Shown: positions 25,899 to 41,105, counted from the first letter of the stretch. The stretch: DNA of 64,000 nucleotides from Eledone cirrhosa (GCA_964016885.1 OZ024755.1:38378001-38442000), one strand, 5' to 3'. Notes: a model not told the origin generated them from the sequence alone. Translations and numbers: made by a program.

Positions 25899-27171
25899 TA
25901 TTACTCCAAGAATAACCTACATGAGAATTCTTGCAAACTTGCTACCTAACTAAGGAAACCTCTTGTTAATTCAAACAACGCCGTACGTTAAAACTCTCTA
26001 TAGTACAGAGTACTCACAACCTCTAACTGGATTAGCTAAAACGACAACTTGTTATCCCATATATATATGTATATATGTGTGTGTGTGTATAAATTAAGTT
26101 CTATACTACATAGCTACTTTAAAAATGTTACATTTTAACCAATCGTTCATTCGTTTCCAACATTTTTATTCTTTTTTTGTCTCCTAATGTGAGATTTTTT
26201 TCCCCTTAGTGCTTTTTTCCAAGACTTTCCATTTTTGTACCAGCATAACATAGATTTTGGTAAGAACCTCACCCTATGGTATATTACAGTTGTCTCTGCC
26301 TTTTAAACCCTGTATTACCTCCTAATTTATTTAGTGATCTAAAAAAACATCTTTTGTTTAATGATAGTTTATTTTATTGAAGTATTTGTGAAGTTAAGGT
26401 GTCTGGTGTAGACTTAATACTGTCTCAGGCAGGAGTTTTCTAGTCTTTGTTGCTTTCATCAAACCAATGGATTGTTTTACAGGATCGTGACAACGTTGGA
26501 CCAAATACTTTGTCTAATTTGTTCTAACTCTTTACATTCTGAGTTTAAATCCCTCTGAAGTCAACTTTGCCTTTCATCCTTTCAGGGTTGATAAAATACC
26601 AGTCAAATACTGGGGTCAATTTAAACAAATTTTGCATCCCCTTAAATTACTGGCCTTGTACCTAATGTAGAAACCAATATTGCTTCTACTTGCAGGGAAA
26701 ATGATGTTAAATGATGATGATCATACTATAACTATTATGTTATATTGATAAATAGACAAGACACAACTCTCTTTGCCTCAGTCTACATGGATGACAACAG
26801 GTTACATCTCTGCTTCACAGTTAGGTGACTTATAGTAGGAATTTAGTTATATAAACACAGTTGATTCAACAAATGTCAGAATTTGAGAGGAAATATTTTG
26901 AAATACCCTACCTGCCCCTCTTCCCTGTCTCCAAAATACTCCTCCCATTCAAGCTAGCATTCTGGGTTTAAAACAGTTAAAACTACAATAAAACCTGTAA
27001 ATAACATCTTCTGTGTACTCTAATGTTCTCACTGTTCATCTTCTATGTACTCATTCTTTTTCCTTCTCATGATTTTCTCCACTTACCAAATGGAAAAAAT
27101 TGAATTTATTCAAATTTATTTTGTTTATTTTACATAAATCTTTCTCTTTTCAAATCATTATCATGACTGCA

Positions 27172-28012
27172 CGATGTTGGGTCTACAGTGATATAGGGTT
27201 AGGGTGTTGGGTCTACAGTGATATAGGGTTAGGGTGTTGGGTCTACAGTGATATAGGGTTAGGGTGTTGGGTCTACAGTGATATAGGGTTAGGGTGTTGG
27301 GTCTACAGTGATATAGGGTTAGGGTGTTGGGTCTACAGTGATATAGGGTTAGGGTGTTGGGTCTACAGTGATATAGGGTTAGGGTGTTGGGTCTACAGTG
27401 ATATAGGGTTAGGGCGTTGGGTCTACAGTGATATAGGGTTAGAGTGTTGGGTCTACAGTGATATAGGGTTAGGGTGTTGGGTCTACAGTGATATAGGGTT
27501 AGGGTGTTGGGTCTACAGTGATATAGGGTTAGGGTGTTGGGTCTACAGTGATATAGGGTTAGGGTGTTGGGTCTACAGTGATATAGGGTTAGGGTGTTGG
27601 GTCTACAGTGATATAGGGTTAGGGTGTTGGGTCTACAGTGATATAGGGTTAGGATGTTGGGTCTACAGTGATATAGGGTTAGGGTGTTGGGTCTACAGTG
27701 ATATAGGGTTAGGGTGTTGGGTCTACAGTGATATAGTGTTAGGGTGTTGGGTCTACAGTGATATAGGGTTAGGGTGTTGGGTCTACAGTGATATAGAGTT
27801 AGGGTGTTGGGTCTACAGTGCTATAGGGTTAGGGTGTTGGGTCTACAGTGATATAGGGTTAGGGTGTTGGGTCTACAGTGATATAGGGTTAGGGTGTTGG
27901 GTCTACAGTGATATAGGGTTAGGGTGTTGGGTCTACAGTGATATAGGGTTAGGGTGTTGGGTCTACAGTGATATAGTGTTAGGGTGTTGGGTCTACAGTG
28001 ATATGGGGTTAG
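27172..28012. repeat. 30-bp minisatellite, ~28 copies, at the 5' end of a decayed CORE-type SINE
   Basis: Unit gggtgttgggtctacagtgatatagggtta, followed by a SINE body (attcccagactgggtgttgtgtccttga..ccagttcactcagctg) to ~28240. Confidence 0.92.
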
Positions 28013-30479
28013 TGATAGGGTGTTGAGTCATATGGGGCTAGTGTTAAAGTTAGGGTATTCAGTTTACAATCATATGGGGTTCATATGGTTGTGGATTTTA
28101 TTCCCAGACTGGGTGTTGTGTCCTTGATGAGTAAAGCCCTTCATTTTCTCTTGTTCCAGTTCACTCAGCTGATATACAATGAGTAGTAGTAGCAGCAGTG
28201 GGGTGTTAGACCTGCAATGGACTGGTGTCCTATCCAGAGGTAGAACAGTTTTCTATTCTACATTGTTTAACACTTCCTAAAATCAAGATAAACAGAAGAT
28301 GTCATCCAATCTGGAAAACTGTAAAACTGATGACTCATCTTTCAGATTGTTAAATATTTAACAATCTATTCTATAATCCAGTAGATTGTTTAACATGCCT
28401 ACCAAAACTGATGACTCATCTTTCAGATTGTTATATATTTAACAATATATTCTATAGTCCAGTAGATTGTTTAACATGTCTACCAAAGTTTATTTCTCCA
28501 TCTTAATGCTTCTAGAACTGTCTGTAGTTGTAAAGTTTTGTTGTCGTTACCTTTTATTATTGTCCCTCCAGAACTCTAGAATCTCTTTGCTGAGCACAAG
28601 CTGGCTCTTGTTGGCTGCAGGACAAAAGTTCAATATTTCTACACCTGTACTTACCTGACAGGAATCTTCTTTGATTAGAAACACATAACAAATTATCTGT
28701 ACAACACGTACAGGTTAGTAACTCACATCACATTATGACATCCATATACCATGAGCAGGTTAGCAAAACATATCTTATCTTGTCCATATACTGGGGGGCA
28801 AATTAGCAACACACATCAGGTGATGTTGTCCATGTCCAATCCAATTGCAGGCCTCCTCACTCCTGTTGGAGCAACCCCTTCCTGGTTGACCTCCACCACT
28901 TTCTCTTTGGTGTTGGTCATGTCAGGAGTGTAGCCATACTCAATGCTTGGCCAATCGTGGGTTGGTGAGTCTATTTAACCCATAGTTGGGGTGGATGGCC
29001 GTTGACTCTGAAAATTTCATCTGCCCTTTTTACAGCTCTTTGTGCTGCATGCAGGGGTTCCATTTACCCTCCTTACTAGATGAGGGTCTGGTGGAAGAGC
29101 CAGTTTAGTCACCACCCATTTGACCATGAAGCAGGTTACATGGTACCAGAAACAGACTGACCAGGTCCATATGTTCCCCATGTAATGAGGTGTAAATTAA
29201 CACCATACATCAGGTGATATTGTCCATATGTTACATGCTAAATAGCTACACACATCAGGGTGTATGTTAGCAACAGAGATTGTTATCCATATACTAGGTG
29301 TAAGGTGTGAAGGCTGATGGCTTAATGGTTAGGGTGTTCTTCTTATGATTGTAAGGTCGGGGATTCAGTTCCTAGTGGTGTGTTGAGCAAGACTCTCTAC
29401 TTCACTCGCTGGCAACAATGAATTGTACCTGTAATTCAAACGGGACAGTTTTATCACACTGAATCTCTTTGAAAACGTTGTTAATGGAAGGTCGTTAATG
29501 GAATGCTCGGGCACTTTATGTTAATTTCTCAAATAGGTTATTCCATTGGTTGAACTGGAACACTCATCATTGAAACTAAGAGAGGTCCAACTGCATCCAC
29601 AAAGTATAGGTTAGCAACACATCAACATTATGGTATCCATATACTGAGACATGTGCCTCAGTGGTTAGAGAATTGGATTTGCAATCGTGAGGTTGTGAGT
29701 TCGATTCCTGGATCAGGCGATGTGTTATGTCCTTGAGCAAGACACTTTATTTCACGTTGCTCCTTCTACCTGGAGTTGCAACCAATAGAGAATATTAGCA
29801 ACTGGAAAGACCAACGGAAACATTGTTTCCTCGATCCGATTTGATGAAAGTTGATCGACTGTCAATACTGAGGTCAAATTAGCAACACAACAAATTATAT
29901 TGACCATATATGGTGAATAGGTTAACAACGTGATACAGTGTGTAGGTTCTTTCCCATTGTTTCCTTGCTGTCTTACAGTTTAAAAAAAAAATTATTTAAC
30001 CTCAAATGAGTTCCAATTAAAATAACTTCAACCAGAAGCTGTCAAAGTAACAATACTATCCTTAAAGATTTATAGTCATAGATTTTGCTGTGTTTAGAAG
30101 AACAAAACAGGAATTAGTGTGGCTTGCAGGACCATCTGGTCATCAAACTTATTTATATTTATTTGTATATACATGCATGGCTACATTTCATTTTTTTCTT
30201 GTTTTTTTTTTTTTTTAAAGCCTTATTATATCAAGTTCATAAACAAGGGCATATCTTTTCCTCCCCGATTATTTACATTCAAACACGACAAATTCCCAAA
30301 CTCACTCCCAAGAACATGAACTATTTTTAAGCACATTTTAAAGAAAATAATTCGAGCCTTTACAAATATATATTTTTTAAAATATGAAGCTATTTTGATT
30401 AGCCTTGTTTGGCATTCATTATTATTATTATTGTTGTTTTATTATTATTGTTGCTGTTGTTGTTATTATTATTTATTTC

Positions 30480-31420
30480 TACTTTAGGCACAAGACCAAC
30501 AATTACCCCAGTGTATTACTGGTACTTTATTTTATCAACTTAAGGATGAAAGGCAAAGTTAAGCCCGCCGAGGTTAACTATGCCTTTCATCGTTACAGGG
30601 TCGATAAAATAAAGTACCAGTAATGCACTGGGTAATTGCTGGCCTTGTGCCAAAAGTAGAAATAGTAAGAATTATTATTATTATGGATAGGGAAAATCAT
30701 TGGAGCATCAGACAACCTGGTGTATGATATTTCTGCGAGCTTTGTTTCAGAGTTCAAATCCCACCAAGGTCAACTTTGCCTTTCATCCTTCTGAGGGTTG
30801 ATAAAATAAAGTACCAGTAATGTACTAGGGTCAATGTAATTGACTTACTTTTCCCACTCCCCCAAAAATTGCTGGCCTTGTGCCTATATAAGAAACCATT
30901 TTTATTAAAAGAGCAGTGAATTAGCAGTAATTGGTGGAGTGTCAGGCACCATGCTTCACAGCAGAGTTACGGCCCTTTACGTTCTGATTTCAAATCCCGC
31001 CGAAGTTAGCTTTGCCTTTCATCCTTACGGGGGTCGATAAAATAAAGCACCAGTAATGTACTGGGGTTGATTTAATCGACTTCCCCTTCAAATTGCTGGC
31101 CTTGTGCCTAAAGTAAAAACAATTATTATTATAAACATGTAATTTTTTTAAAATAGATATTTCTTGTAACCCTACATCTTGTAGACTTTGAGGTTTGTAT
31201 TATTTCACACATGTGTGGCCTAGTGGTTAGAGTGTTGGACTCACGAATGTAAGGTCAGGGGTTTTATTCCCAGACTAGGTGATGCTTTGTGTCTTTGAGC
31301 AAGACATTTATTTGTTTCACATTGCTCCACTTGACTCAGCTAAAAAATAAGTACCAGTGTCATTTGGGGGTCTGCATTGGACTGGCATCCCATCTAAGGA
31401 GAAGTTTGTACTCCCAGTCA
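30480..31420. mobile_element. Cluster of SINE A copies (including a head-to-head fragment pair) and one CORE-type SINE
   Basis: Family A core at 30520-30660, 30750-30895 and 30911-31125; gtgtggcctagtggttagag head at 31213. Confidence 0.8.
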
Positions 31421-32869
31421 CACTTAAGCTAGACTAATCCATGAAGTGAAGATAAGCTTTGTCTTTTGTCCAACACAATGGGAAATTAGACATAAAACAA
31501 TAACTGTAACTCTCTCCTGTCTAACAAGTTGCCTCAATTTCAGTGTTGAATAAATCCTGATCCCAGGAATGATGATGATATAAGCAGCACAGTTTTATAG
31601 ATGTGACAATGTGTAATTTAGAAGTAAAGTTAGTTCATGATGTTTTAGAGATGATCATTAGTGCAGATACATGCTTAATTAGCCAATTAAGACAACCAGT
31701 TTTTATTATTATTTTACTCTATTTTTATTTTGTATTTTTAAAATTCATTTATTAATTTTTTGTACATTAAAAAAAATCTATTATTTTTGATAACATCAAA
31801 GAGAATATTTGTTAAGTGTTGTCTTGGTAACCACAGATTAAAAAGAAAATATGTATTACATCATTCTGCGATTTTAATTTGCATAAAAAAAAAAATTATA
31901 ATAAGAATGATAATAAAATTATATTGATAAAATTATTTTATACATCATCTGAATTTCTGTGGAAATAAATTGCTAAAAAAAAAAGACTAAAGATCTAAAT
32001 GTGAAACTGATCAGCAAAGATGTAGGAATTTATCAGGTAACATCTTTTGTATAAAAGATTGGCAGCTGTTATCTGCATAAGATAGTGCTGTCTACTTTTA
32101 TTAGGGATGGAACTGTTAAAAAAGATCCAGTTTATTCCGATGATCAGTGTTCTAGTTGTTCCAATCAATGGAATGACCTACTTGTGTAATTAACATACAA
32201 GTGACTAATTATTCCACAGGCATGCATACCTTTAATGTACTTCTTAAGGAAATTCAACATCACACAGTGACAAGGATGGGCTTTTGAAATACAGGTCCAA
32301 CTTATTTGTTGAAACAATGGAACAGCCTGCTCATGAAATTAACATGTAAGTGGCTGAGCATTCCACAGAGACGTGTACCATTAGTGTAATTCTCAGATTG
32401 ATTCAGCATGACACAATGTGTGACCAAGCTGTCTCCGTAAATTACTGGTACAACTCATTTCAGCTGAGTCGACTGGCACAAGATGAAATAATGTCTTGAT
32501 TGGGGATACAATATTTGACCCAATCTAGGAATTGAACTCAGAATGTTACTCTTGTTAGTCCTATACATTAACCCTTAAACCACATGCCCTGGCATCTATT
32601 GCTGCTGCTATCTCTGCCAAAGTTGTTATCAATCTTTACTACAGTTTCATGCTTTTCTTCAGAACTTTGACACGCAATGAATGAATGCCCCCTAATCCAC
32701 TTCAAACAGAAATATTGCATGCTGGTCTCTTTTTTTTTTGTTTCTGTTTCTTTTTTTTTTCTTTTTTTTTGGATAAAAAAAATAAATCTGTCATCAAAAT
32801 GAATTTGTTGCTTTTCTGTTTGATTTCTGCTGAGTCCAGTCATTTAAGTGAAGCCTATTAAACAATGTC

Positions 32870-33213
32870 ATCATCATCATTTTACGTCCGCTTTTCCCTG
32901 CTTGCAAGGGTGGGACGGGAACTAATTCTGGCTTGATTTCTACAGCTGGATGCCCTTCCTAACACCAACCTCATTTACAGTGAGTGCTGGGTGCTTTTTT
33001 TTTTTTTTTTGCTGTGGCACCTCCACGACCACTTTGCAGTGGAATGATATGAACTCCAGTCCCTATCATCTCATTTCTACAGCTGAGTAAACTGGAACAA
33101 TGTGAAATAAAGTGTCTTGCTCAAGGAAACAACACATCACCCGGTCTGAGAATTGAACTCACAACCTTTTGATTGCAAGCCCAATGCTCTAACGACTAAG
33201 CCATGTGCCTCCA
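32870..33213 (-). mobile_element. CORE-type SINE family B, full length
   Basis: Near-identical to 3634-3975. Confidence 0.9.
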
Positions 33214-33798
33214 TCAGTTTATATATATATGAGCGAGACACATACACCCGACCAATCTTGCCTCAAGTGGGACAACTCCCGTCTAACCTATGCTGGCATG
33301 GAAGATAGATATTAAATGATGATGATATATATATATATATATATGATATATATATATATACACGATAAACACACACACACACACATATATATGTATATAT
33401 ATATACACAATATATACATATACAACAACAACTGTTCACTCCTCCCGTTTTCCCCTTCTACATATATAGATTGTGACGGACAGAGGGAGATACAGATTCT
33501 CTTTTATAATATAGATAGATGGAAAGAAATAGGGTATTTTTATTCAGCCTGTGGTATGTGTGTCGGCTGACAAGTTCGTAGGCTAACTATGAAGTAGTGA
33601 AATCTTGCAGGCATTAATTTCAACTCATATTTATAACCACATTGTTTCTTTCCAGCGACTATGTCGAAAAATAAACCTCATTTGGTCATTCCATGAGAGT
33701 ATCTTGGTCAGCCTATGAAATTATCAGCTCTAACATTATTCAAAATAACTTTGAAAATAGATATGGACCCGATTTCTGTCATTAAATGAGGTAATATA

Positions 33799-36700
33799 CA
33801 CAGTATATGTTGGTACTGTCAACTGTGGTACACAGTATACGTTGGTACTGTCAACTGTGTTACACAGTATATGTTGGTACTGTCAACTGTGGTGCACAGT
33901 ATATGTCGGTACTGTCAACTGTGGTACACTATACGTTGGTACTGTCAACTGAGGTACACAGTATATGTTGGTACTGTCAACTGTGGTACACAGTATATGT
34001 TGGTACTCTCAACAGTGGTACACAGTATATGTTGGTACTGTCAACTGTGGTACACAGTATATGTTGGTACTGTCAACTGTGGTACACAGTATATGTTGGT
34101 ACTGTCAACTGTGGTACACAGTATATGTTGGTACTGTCAACTGTGGTACACAGTATATGTTGGTACTCTCAACTGTGGTACACAGTATACGTTGGTACTG
34201 TCAACTGTGGTACACAGTATATGTTGGTACTGTCAACTGTGGTACACAGTATATGTTGGTATTATCAACTGTGGTACACAGTATATGTTAGTACTGTCAA
34301 CTGTGGTACACGGTATATGTTGGTACTGACAACTGTGGTACACAGTATATGTTGGTATTATCAACTGTGGTACACAGTATATGTTGGTACTGTCAACTGA
34401 GGTACACAGTATATGTTGGTACTGTCAACTGTGGTACACAGTATATGTTGGTACTGTCAACTGTGGTACACAGTATATGTTGGTACTGTCAACTGTGGTA
34501 CACAGTATATGTTGGTATTATCAACTGTGGTACACAGTATATGTTGGTACTCTCAACTGTGGTTCACAGTATATGTTGGTACTGACAACTGTGGTACACA
34601 GTATATGTTGGTATTATCAACTGTGGTACACAGTATATGTTGGTACTCTCAACTGTGGTTCACAGTATATGTTGGTACTCTCAACTGTGGTTCACAGTAT
34701 ATGTTGGTACTCTCAACTGTGGTTCACAGTATATGTTGGTACTCTCAACTGTGGTTCACAGTATATGTTGGTACTGTCAACTGTGGTTCACAGTATATGT
34801 TGGTACTGACAACTGTGGTACACAGTATATGTTGGTATTATCAACTGTGGTACACAGTATATGTTGGTACTGTCAACTGAGGTACACAGTATATGTTGGT
34901 ACTGTCAACTGTGGTACACAGTATATGTTGGTACTGTCAACTGTGGTACACAGTATATGTTGGTACTGTCAACTGTGGTACACAGTATATGTTGGTATTA
35001 TCAACTGTGGTACACAGTATATGTTGGTACTCTCAACTGTGGTTCACAGTATATGTTGGTACTGACAACTGTGGTACACAGTATATGTTGGTATTATCAA
35101 CTGTGGTACACAGTATATGTTGGTACTCTCAACTGTGGTTCACAGTATATGTTGGTACTGACAACTGTGGTACACAGTATATGTTGGTACTGTCAACTGT
35201 GGTACACAGTATACGTTGGTACTGTCAACTGTGGTACACAGTATATGTTGGTACTGACAACTGTGGTGCACAGTATATGTTGGTACTGTCAACTGTGGTA
35301 CACAGTATACGTTGGTACTGTCAACTGTGGTACACAGTATATGTTAGTACTGTCAACTGTGGTACACGGTATATGTTGGTACTGTCAACAGTGGTACACA
35401 GTATATGTTGGTACTGTCAACTGTGGTACACAGTATATGTTGGTACTGTCAACTGTGGTACACAGTATACGTTGGTACTGTCAACAGTGGTACACAGTAT
35501 ATGTTGGTACTGACAACTGTGGTGCACAGTATATGTTGGTACTGTCAACTGTGGTACACAGTATACGTTGGTACTGTCAACTGTGGTACACAGTATATGT
35601 TAGTACTGTCAACTGTGGTACACGGTATATGTTGGTACTGTCAACAGTGGTACACAGTATATGTTGGTACTGTCAACTGTGGTACACAGTATATGTTGGT
35701 ACTGTCAACTGTGGTACACAGTATATGTTGGTACTGTCAACTGTGGTACACAGTATATGTTGGTACTGTCAACTGTGGTACACAGTATATGTTGGTACTG
35801 TCAACTGTGGTACACAGTATATGTTGGTATTATCAACTGTGGTACACAGTATATGTTGGTACTCTCAACTGTGGTTCACAGTATATGTTGGTACTGACAA
35901 CTGTGGTACACAGTATATGTTGGTATTATCAACTGTGGTACACAGTATATGTTGGTACTCTCAACTGTGGTTCACAGTATATGTTGGTACTGACAACTGT
36001 GGTACACAGTATATGTTGGTACTGTCAACTGTGGTACACAGTATACGTTGGTACTGTCAACTGTGGTACACAGTATATGTTGGTACTGACAACTGTGGTG
36101 CACAGTATATGTTGGTACTGTCAACTGTGGTACACAGTATACGTTGGTACTGTCAACTGTGGTACACAGTATATGTTAGTACTGTCAACTGTGGTACACG
36201 GTATATGTTGGTACTGTCAACAGTGGTACACAGTATATGTTGGTACTGTCAACTGTGGTACACAGTATATGTTGGTACTGTCAACTGTGGTACACAGTAT
36301 ACGTTGGTACTGTCAACAGTGGTACACAGTATATGTTGGTACTGACAACTGTGGTGCACAGTATATGTTGGTACTGTCAACTGTGGTACACAGTATACGT
36401 TGGTACTGTCAACTGTGGTACACAGTATATGTTAGTACTGTCAACTGTGGTACACGGTATATGTTGGTACTGTCAACAGTGGTACACAGTATATGTTGGT
36501 ACTGTCAACTGTGGTACACAGTATATGTTGGTACTGTCAACTGTGGTACACAGTATATGTTGGTACTGTCAACTGTGGTACACAGTATATGGTAGTACTG
36601 TCAACTGTGGTACACAGTATATGTTGGTATTGTCAAATGTGGTACACAGTATATGTTGGTACTGTCAACTGTGGTACACAGTATATGTTGGTACTGTCAA

Positions 36701-39700
36701 CTGTGGTACACAGTATATGTTAGTACTGTCAACTGTGGTTCACGGTATATGTTGATACTGTCAACTGTGGTACACGGTATGTGTTGGTACTGTCAACTGT
36801 GGTACACAGTATATGTTGGTACTGTCAACTGTGGTACACAGTATATGTTGGTACTGTCAACTGTGGTACACAGTATATGTTAGTACTGTCAACTGAGGTA
36901 CACAGTATATGTTGGTACTGTCAACTGTTGTACACAGTATATGTTGGTACTGTCAACTGTGGTACACAGTATATGTTGGTAGTGTCAACTGTGGTACACA
37001 GTATACGTTGGTACTGTCAACTGTGGTACACAGTATATGTTGGTACTCTCAACAGTGGTACACAGTATATGTTGGTACTGTCAACTGTGGTACACAGTAT
37101 ATGTTGGTACTGTCAACTGTGGTACACAGTATATGTTGGTACTCTCAACTGTGGTACACAGTATACGTTGGTACTGTCAACTGTGGTACACAGTATATGT
37201 TGGTACTGTCAACTGTGGTACACAGTATATGTTGGTATTATCAACTGTGGTACACAGTATATGTTAGTACTGTCAACTGTTGTACACAGTATATGTTGGT
37301 ATTATCAACTGTGGTACGCAGTATATGTTGGTACTGTCAACTGTGGTACACGGTATATGTTGGTACTGTCAACTGTGGTACACAGTATATGTTGGTACTG
37401 TCAACTGTGGTACACAGTATACGTTGGTACTGTCAACTGTGGTACACAGTATATGTTGGTACTGTCAACAGTGGTACACAGTATACGTTGGTACTGTCAA
37501 CTGTGTTACACAGTATATGTTAGTACTGTCAACTGTGGTACACAGTATATGTTGGTACTGTCAACTGTGGTACACAGTATATGTTGGTACTGTCAACTGT
37601 GGTACACAGTATACGTTGGTACTGTCAACTGTGGTACACAGTATATGTTGGTACTGTCAACAGTGGTACACAGTATACGTTGGTACTGTCAACTGTGTTA
37701 CACAGTATATGTTAGTACTGTCAACTGTGGTACACAGTATATGTTGGTACTGTCAACTGTGGTACACAGTATATGTTGGTACTGTCAACTGTGGTACACA
37801 GTATACGTTGGTACTGTCAACTGTGGTACACAGTATATGTTGGTACTGTCAACAGTGGTACACAGTATACGTTGGTACTGTCAACTGTGTTACACAGTAT
37901 ATGTTAGTACTGTCAACTGTGGTACACAGTATATGTTGGTACTGTCAACTGTGGTACACAGTATATGTTGGTACTCTCAAATGTGGTACACAGTATATGT
38001 TGGTACTGTCAACTGTGGTACACAGTATATGTTGGTACTGTCAACTGTGGTACACAGTATATGTTGGTACTGTCAACTGTGGTACACAGTATATGTTGGT
38101 ACTGTCAAATGTGGTACACAGTATATGTTGGTACTCTCAACTGTGGTACACAGTATATGTTGGTACTGTCAACTGTGGTACACAGTATATGTTGGTACTG
38201 TCAACTGTGGTACACAGTATACGTTGGTACTGTCAACTGTGGTACACAGTATATGTTGGTACTGTCAACTGTGTTACACAGTATATGTTGGTACTGTCAA
38301 CTGGTACACAGTATATGTTGGTACTGTCAACTGTGGTACACAGTATATGTTGGTACTGTCAACTGGTACACAGTATATGTTGCTACTGTCAACTGTGGTA
38401 CACAGTATATGTTAGTACTGTCAACTGTGGTACACAGTAAATGTTGGTACTGTCAACTGTGGTACACAGTATATGTTGGTACTGTCAACTGTGGTATACA
38501 GTATATGTTGGTACTGTCAACTGGTACACAGTATATGTTGGCACTGTCAACAGTGGTACACAGTATATGTTGGTACTGTCAACTGTGGTACACAGTATAC
38601 GTTGGTACTGTCAACTGTGGTACACAGTATATGTTGGTACTGTCAACTGTGGTACACAGTATATGTTGGTACTGTCAACTGTGGTACACAGTATATGATG
38701 GTACTGTCAACTGTGGTACACAGTATATGTTGGTACTGTCAACTGTGGTACACAGTATACGTTGGTACTGTCAACTGTGGTACACAGTATATGTTGGTAC
38801 TGTCAACTGTGGTACACAGTATATGTTGGTACTGTCAACTGTGGTACACAGTATATGTTGGTACTGTCAACTGTGGTACACAGTATATGTTGATACTGTC
38901 AACTGAGGTACACAGTATATGTTGGTACTGTCAACTGTGGTACACAGTATATGTTGGTACTGTCAACTGTGGTACACAGTATATGTTTGTACTGTCAACT
39001 GTGGTACACAGTATATGTTGGTACTGTCAACTGTGGTACACAGTATATGTTGGTACTGTCAACTGTGGTACACAGTATATGTTAGTACTGTCAACTGTGG
39101 TACACAGTATATGTTGGTACTGTCAACTGTGGTACACAGTATATGTTGGTACTGTCAACTGTGGTACACAGTATATGTTGGTACTGTCAACTGTGGTACA
39201 CAGTATATGTTGGTACTGTCAACTGTGGTACACAGTATATGTTGGTACTGTCAACTGGTACACAGTATATGTTGCTACTGTCAACTGTGGTACACAGTAT
39301 ATGTTAGTACTGTCAACTGTGGTACACAGTAAATGTTGGTACTGTCAACTGTGGTACACAGTATATGTTGGTACTGTCAACTGTGGTACACAGTATATGT
39401 TGGCACTGTCAACAGTGGTACACAGTATATGTTGGTACTGTCAACTGTGGTACACAGTATACGTTGGTACTGTCAACTGTGGTACACAGTATATGTTGGT
39501 ACTGTCAACTGTGGTACACAGTATATGTTGGTACTGTCAACTGTGGTACACAGTATATGATGGTACTGTCAACTGTGGTACACAGTATATGTTGGTACTG
39601 TCAACTGTGGTACACAGTATACGTTGGTACTGTCAACTGTGGTACACAGTATATGTTGGTACTGTCAACTGTGGTACACAGTATATGTTGGTACTGTCAA

Positions 39701-40231
39701 CTGTGGTACACAGTATATGTTGGTACTGTCAACTGTGGTACACAGTATATGTTGATACTGTCAACTGAGGTACACAGTATATGTTGGTACTGTCAACTGT
39801 GGTACACAGTATATGTTGGTACTGTCAACTGTGGTACACAGTATATGTTTGTACTGTCAACTGTGGTACACAGTATATGTTGGTACTGTCAACTGTGGTA
39901 CACAGTATATGTTGGTACTGTCAACTGTGGTACACAGTATATGTTAGTACTGTCAACTGTGGTACACAGTATATGTTGGTACTGTCAACTGTGGTACACA
40001 GTATATGTTGGTACTGTCAACTGTGGTACACAGTATATGTTGGTACTGTCAACTGTGGTACACAGTATATGTTGGTACTGTCAACTGTGGTACACAGTAT
40101 ATGTTGGTACTGTCAACAGTGGTACACAGTATACGTTGGTACTGTCAACTGTGGTACACAGTATATGTTGGTACTGTCAACTGTGGTACACAGTATATGT
40201 TGGTACTGTCAACTGGTACACAGTATATGTT
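33799..40231. repeat. 32-bp satellite, ~200 copies, with higher-order duplications
   Basis: Unit cacagtatatgttggtactgtcaactgtggta. Variant patterns recur at a 480-bp offset (34321/34801) and an ~862-bp offset (38919/39781). Confidence 0.97.
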
Positions 40232-40254
40232 GACTTTACTTGAACCTATGTAAT

Positions 40255-40720
40255 AATTGTTCGTGGAGACCACTGCATATTCGCGGCTTCGTTATTGTCT
40301 TCTGCGATGTTTTAATGCCCTTTTTCCTGGCAATATATTTCATAACAATATACCGTATTTGCTGGCCTATTGGACCAGTTACATAGATGTGACCCTCTCA
40401 CTATACACACACGCGCGTGTGTGTGTGTATTTATTAAAATAAGAGATTAAAGTTTAAGCAAAGAATCGCTGCTTTCACACTTAACGGGATCTTCTGAAAC
40501 TAAAAATATCAATCTGTGAACGCAGAAGTAAATATTTCGAAAAACGTCGCAACCGAAGGAAGACAGGGAGACGATACTTTGGTTCGTCGAAATCTTCCCT
40601 GGCAAAGAACGGGAAAAAATGAAAATAATACGTCATAATTAGGAGCGTTGCTGACGTTTATAGGCATTTTAATGCGCAACGTCCATTATTCGCAGTTTTT
40701 CACTCTTCGCGCGTGATGTC
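40255..40720. promoter_or_regulatory. CpG-enriched unique segment, possible promoter or enhancer
   Basis: Many CpGs in an otherwise CpG-poor window; CRE-like tacgtca and tgacgt, E2F-like ttcgcgcg. Confidence 0.35.
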
Positions 40721-40890
40721 ATTATAAATGAATCCCTCCAAATATCACCAAAGATGACAGACCAAACATTGATGTCATATTTATATTTCACAGAATTTGG
40801 GTGGATATTTATTATTTTCTCTTCCACAAAAACTGCTTTTAAATATGATTCTTTAAACTTTTGTGGCATTTTGGAACTGGTGTATTTCAG

Positions 40891-41105
40891 TTAACCTTTT
40901 CATGATCGCATTTCTAATGAAATACACTCTCTTTCAATTAATTAATGAAGAATTTTGAGAGATTTATTAAAATTATTAATTATTTCATTAGATAGTAACT
41001 TAATGTAAGGTTCTTATATAAAATTATAAGATTTTAATATAAAATGGAATCATTTAAGATGGATGACAGAACCAGGTTTAGTCGGACTGGTAAATAAAAG
41101 GTTAA
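40891..41105. mobile_element. piggyBac-like MITE
   Basis: TTAA|ccttt ... aaagg|TTAA ends. Related copies at ~53031-53277 and 54176-54886 (the latter interrupted by SINEs); similar ends at 15258-15470. Confidence 0.6.

Noticed and set aside
27100-28026. 308-aa CWVYSDIGLG ORF, or interstitial telomere
   Set aside because: 30-bp minisatellite with only one TTAGGG per unit; not a telomeric tract.
33807-40253. Many overlapping Cys/Tyr/Val-rich ORFs
   Set aside because: A 32-bp satellite read through rotating frames; no splice or start context.
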